64,000 bases of DNA. Origin: Octopus vulgaris. Lineage: Eukaryota. The position numbers were made by a program, and so were the translations under genes. Positions 59,402 through 64,000 of this stretch are shown here, one piece after another. The first letter of the stretch is position 1. Every line of letters begins with the position of its first letter. The stretch lies in the NCBI GenBank assembly GCA_951406725.2, contig OX597838.1, forward strand, positions 18,662,001 through 18,726,000, read 5' to 3'. The notes below the pieces were generated by a model, which saw only the letters and a list, made by a program, of their open reading frames with translations, was not told the DNA's origin and did no database searches.

Positions 59402-60033
59402 TCCATGGCTGCTGTGCGTGACTGTATCTTTGAACTGGTTCACCATCCTCCTTTTTCTCTTGATTTGTCCCCATCAGACTACCATCTGATCCCCAACATA
59501 AAAAAATAACACTTGGCTAGAAGAAGTATCGCAGTGATGATGACGTCATATCTGCTGTTGACTTTTTTTGACCAACAGAATGGAAGCTTCTTCACCAATA
59601 GGAACCAAACACTGTATCACTGATGGAAGAAGTGTATGGAACACAAGTGGCAGGCGCTATTGTTTTTCGCCCTTTTCAAGCCTAGCCAGGCTCATGGTCC
59701 GGTTTCCCGGTTTCTGTGGCGTTTGTGTTCCCCCCAGCTGGACGGGACGCCAGTCCATCGCAGCGTTATTCGAGAAACAGGAAGAAAGATTGAGAGAAAG
59801 TTGTGGTGAAAGAGTACAACAGGGGTCGCCACCACACCCTGCCGGAGCCTCGTGGAGCTTTAGGTGTTTTCGCTCAATAAACACACACAACGCCCGGTCT
59901 GGGAATCGAAACCACGATCCTCAGACCGTGAGTCCGCTGCCCCAACCACTGGCAGATGCTATATTGAACAATAAACCTCCTTTGGTGACTTGAGAGTACC
60001 TTGGTCAGCCTATGAACTTAGCAGCGACACTCG
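59402..60033 (+). mobile_element. Decayed mariner 3' part (irritans-like), interrupted by a SINE
   Basis: MAAVRDCIFELVHHPPFSLDLSPSDYHLIPNIKK...SDDDVISAV..FDQQ...WKKCME; resumes YIEQ* after 59960. Confidence 0.75.
59661..59952 (-). mobile_element. tRNA-derived SINE with a V-domain-like segment
   Basis: Head CCAGTGGTTGGGGCAGCGGACT...GGTTTCGATTCCC; CTGCGATGGACTGGCGTCCCGTCCAG at 59763->59738; imperfect TSD TGGCAG(GC/AT)GCTAT. Confidence 0.75.
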
Positions 60034-60328
60034 CGTGTGTGTGGTGGGGTGTATGTAAGTGAAATAACTTGGAGTGTCCGGTGACATTAATTTGGACAAC
60101 AAGGACAACGAAAATCATTTTAAATATTATACAAATACAATATCAATTCTTGATTTTTTTTTTTTGTCTTTGAAGTTATCGTCACTTCCGGATGAAAGTA
60201 AAACAGACACCTAACAACATCTGTAACCGACTTTGAATAGTTAAGGAATATCATCTGAAAATATCAACATCTTTCTACGCATTAAGGTACTATTAACGAA
60301 GTGTGTCTGTTGCGAACATGCTTGCGTC

Positions 60329-60636
<308 letters not shown>

Positions 60637-61133
60637 CAGGCGTAAACTAATAGACAAAGTTACAGTCAGTCAGACATACTGTCAGACAGACTGAAGGACA
60701 GTCAGACAGATAGATATCTAGGTAACTAGCTGTCCTTCGCTCCCCTTTTTGTTTACCGCACCTGAGGTCGCTTCTGTACTTGAATAGAGAGAGCAACGGA
60801 AGAGAGAGAGAGCGGGGAAGAAAGAAGAAGAAAGAAGGGTAGAGCAAGAGGGAACGAGAGAGGGGGGGGGAGGAGGAAGAGGAGGAGGAAGGAGCGGGGG
60901 AGAAAGAGGTTGCGATAATGGGGGCTTGTTTAAAGATGGTTTTCGAGAAGCCATACCTACTTTCTTCCATCAGGATATTTTCGATCGATTCTTTTGAACA
61001 GCAATTATCACGACAACCATCAGCACCACCACCACCGCCACCACCACCACCACCACCACCACCACCGCCACCATCACCATCACCACCACCACCACCACCA
61101 CCATCACCATCACCACCACCACCACCATCACAT

Positions 61134-61166
<33 letters not shown>

Positions 61167-61558
61167 GACCTCACAATGTCCTTCATTAAATCTAGTGTCT
61201 ACATCTATGAGACTAATTAAATGATAGCTTCTTAGTGTTGCATCTTAAAGCTTGTGGAATCTATTGTTAGTATTATTACAATTAAGGGCGGCGGTGGCGC
61301 AACACAAGCAGCGGACTGACAAGGTCGATAGAGCGTCGAACAAAATGCCTTGTGGCGTTTTTGCCGTCTCTTTATGCACTGAATACAAATCTGGTCGAAA
61401 TTGAGGTCAATGTTCGCTTTTCCTCCCCTTTCGGTGGCCAATAAAATAAAGTGAGGCACAATTATTGGGGGCGGAGTTAGGGTGTCGATGTAATTGGCGA
61501 ACTCCCCTTCATCAAATTTTAGCCTTGGCGTCAATGTTAAAAATAATTACTGCAACGG

Positions 61559-61685
61559 AACCACATGGTTCCGGGTTCAGTCCCACTGCGTGGCATCTTG
61601 GGCAAGTGTCTTCTGCTATAGCCCCGGGCCGACCAATGCCTTGTGAGTGGATTTGGTAGACGGAAACTGAAAGAAGCCTGTCGAA

Positions 61686-61770
<85 letters not shown>

Positions 61771-62010
61771 ATATGTTTATGTGTCTATGTTTGTCCCCCC
61801 CCCCCCCAACATCGCTTGACAACCGATGCTGGTGTGTTTACGTCCCCATAACTTAGCGGTTTGACAAAAGAGACCGATGGAATAAGTACCAGGCTTACAA
61901 AGAATAAGTCCTGGGATAGATTTGCTCGACTAAAGGCGGTGCTCCAGCATGGCCACAGTTGAATGACTGAAACAAGTAAAAAAAAAAAAAGAGTAAAAAG
62001 AAAGAGAGTA
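61559..62010 (+). mobile_element. SINE family A, slightly 5'-truncated
   Basis: AACCACATGGTTCCGGGTTCAGTCCC...GAAACAAGTAAA. Old family B copies lie at ~61320-61545 and ~62180-62403. Confidence 0.9.
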
Positions 62011-62437
62011 AATCACAATTATAACTAGGAGAGTTTCAAAACCCTTACATGTTTAGAAATAGCAGTCAAAACCGCTTTAGAGCCATTTTTATCACTCATA
62101 TAATTTCTCTTCACGATTCCATAGCAAAACCGTTCTACTACACTTTGACGGTTTTCGATATCCTAGTATTTGAAACAGACTCGGTGGAGAGTTAAGGTTC
62201 TTGGTGTTCTGAGATTCAGTTTTAAATTTTCATTTCTTCCAAGGAGTCGATAAAATAAAGTATTGGAGTTGGTTGTTATTATGGTTGACTTAGCCTTTCG
62301 CCCTTTCAAGATCGATAAATTGAGTACCAGTGAAACGCTGGGGTTGATGTATTAGAGTAGCCCGCTCCACCAATATTTCAGGCCTTGTGCCTTTAGTAGA
62401 AAGTGCACTCTAGATGTGAATGCTAATTAAGATAGAT

Positions 62438-62541
62438 GAAGACGATGGTGATGGTGGAGGTGGAGGTGGTGGTGGTGGTGGTGGTGGTGGTGCTGATGCT
62501 GGTGGTGCTGGTAGTGCTGGTGCTGGTGCTGGTGGTGGTTG

Positions 62542-62572
<31 letters not shown>

Positions 62573-62770
62573 GCTGGTGCTGGTGCTGGTGCTGGTGGTG
62601 GTGGTGGTGCTGGTGCTGGTGCTGGTGGTGCTGGTGGTGCTGGTGCTGGTGGTGCTGGTGCTGGTGCTGGTGGTGCTGGTGGTGCTGGTGGTGGTGGTGG
62701 TGGTGATAATGATGATGGGGATGATGAAGATGATAACGGCGGTGAAGATGATGGCGGTAGCAGCGGAAGC
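62438..62770. repeat. (GGT/GCT/GAT)n compound repeat
   Basis: Direct inspection. Confidence 0.9.
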
Positions 62771-63364
62771 TGCGACAGAACGGGACCGTAGCGGTAGCAA
62801 CAATAACAAAAGCGGTGGCGATACCGAAGTTGGTGACGATGGTGAAGCCAGCGACGATAGCGGTGGTTAACAACGAAGCAAAAGAGGAAGAAACCACATC
62901 AAACGAAGGCAGCTTTCTTGCAACCATTCCCCAACGCATCATCAATCATTTCGAGAGCGGAAGGCAAGATATTCTGGTCATTGTTATTGAAGCAAATATG
63001 ATTAGTGAGTGAGCTCTTTTTTTGTGGATCTCGAGACATGGGAATTCTTATGCCAGATGACCCAGAATTGACCAACATTGATTAACTTTGTTCGTGATGT
63101 CGAGTTACGAATAGAAGACCTCAAAATGTCGTGGAAGACAGGAACGCTTGAAGAGAAAGATTGTTTTTTTCTTTTTTTTTTTTTTTTTGTCGGGGAATCT
63201 TGCCCAAAACGATATAGATAGATAATATAAAGGAATGATGCGGGGTTATGAAAGTTCTATATTATTCTGCTCGTCACGACATGTGTTCGGGTGTTATGAT
63301 TTAAAGAACCTTAACTATGGAACAACATTGAAGACATCATTGAAATGTTTAAAGTAAATCATAA

Positions 63365-63845
63365 ATTACATTATTTACATTGTTTACATTTGACGAATAT
63401 ATGTCCTCATCTTGCTTGTTGTTAACACAACATTTCGGCTGATATACCCTCCAGCCTTCATCAGGTGTCCTGGGGAGATTTCGAACCTGGGTTCTCATTC
63501 CTAAGGTATTTTTCGATATTATTATTATTATTATTATTATTGAGTGAGAAAGCAGTGCATGCCATCAAAGTGACACTGGGGTAAAATATACGAAGCCCAG
63601 TATACCCATCATGACTACCCGTCTGATAATTATTATTATTATTATTATTATTATCATTGTTGTTGTTGCTATTGTTTTTATTATTATTATTGTTAGTAAT
63701 ATTATTCAGGTCACCGCCTGGAATCGAACTTGGAATCTTGGGGTTATTAGCCCACGCTCTTAACCACTACGCCATATGCCCGTGGTCAAATGTAAATAAT
63801 GTAAACAATGTACATAATTCCTCATCTCTTAAATATAGAACTGTA
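63365..63845 (-). mobile_element. Composite element: tRNA-like head (63781->63707), (AAT)n, hammerhead, inverted terminal segment
   Basis: Head GGGCATATGGCGTAGTGGTTAAGAGCG...AGTTCGATTCC; GTCAAATGTAAATAATGTAAACAATGTA at ~63785 is the inverse of 63367-63393; an ~86-bp non-microsatellite block sits at 63542-63627. Confidence 0.6.
63425..63468 (-). ncRNA. Minimal type I hammerhead motif
   Basis: Minus strand: ACAC-CUGAUGA-A-GGCUG(gaggguauau)CAGCC-GAAA-UG-UU^-GUGU. Confidence 0.7.
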
Positions 63846-64000
63846 ATCATAAAATATAACGAAGATCTATAAATTTATCCATTAAAATAGTAACGAGAAC
63901 ATTTAGGGAGTTATTTGCCCCTAAAGTTTTGAATAGTAGTCTTTTTATCGATCTCTATTTATCGAAAAGCTAAGTTTACCAGAGATGCTTCCCTTTAGAC

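Noticed and set aside
62420-63012. Gly-rich, His-rich and adjacent short ORFs
   Set aside because: Trinucleotide repeat open in nearly all frames, with single-codon usage (GGT/GCT); no domain or splice support.
63707-63781. Functional tRNA gene
   Set aside because: Acceptor and anticodon stems have multiple mismatches; treated as a retroelement head.

Overview
Eukaryotic, AT-rich, microsatellite-saturated DNA; the SINE and simple-repeat content points to an octopus (coleoid cephalopod) genome, which is an inference. Nearly all listed ORFs are microsatellite translation artefacts. The only plausible host coding sequence is an open minus-strand ORF at 274->1 that begins with a signal-peptide-like segment. 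The rest is intronic/intergenic and built from two abundant tRNA-derived SINE families, a V-domain SINE, Tx1/L1-like, R4/Dong, RTE and Penelope-like retroelement remnants, mariner derivatives, Helitron pieces and MITEs. Best leads: (1) a Tx1-like LINE found twice inside (GATA)n whose last ~43 nt are shared with a SINE that inserts as fixed-junction multimers; (2) several type I hammerhead ribozyme motifs, one in a short element that also has a tRNA-like Pol III head; (3) an apparent partitioning of microsatellites (GATA, TAA, TA) among retroelement families. All alignments and folds were done by eye; element boundaries are approximate to a few bases.
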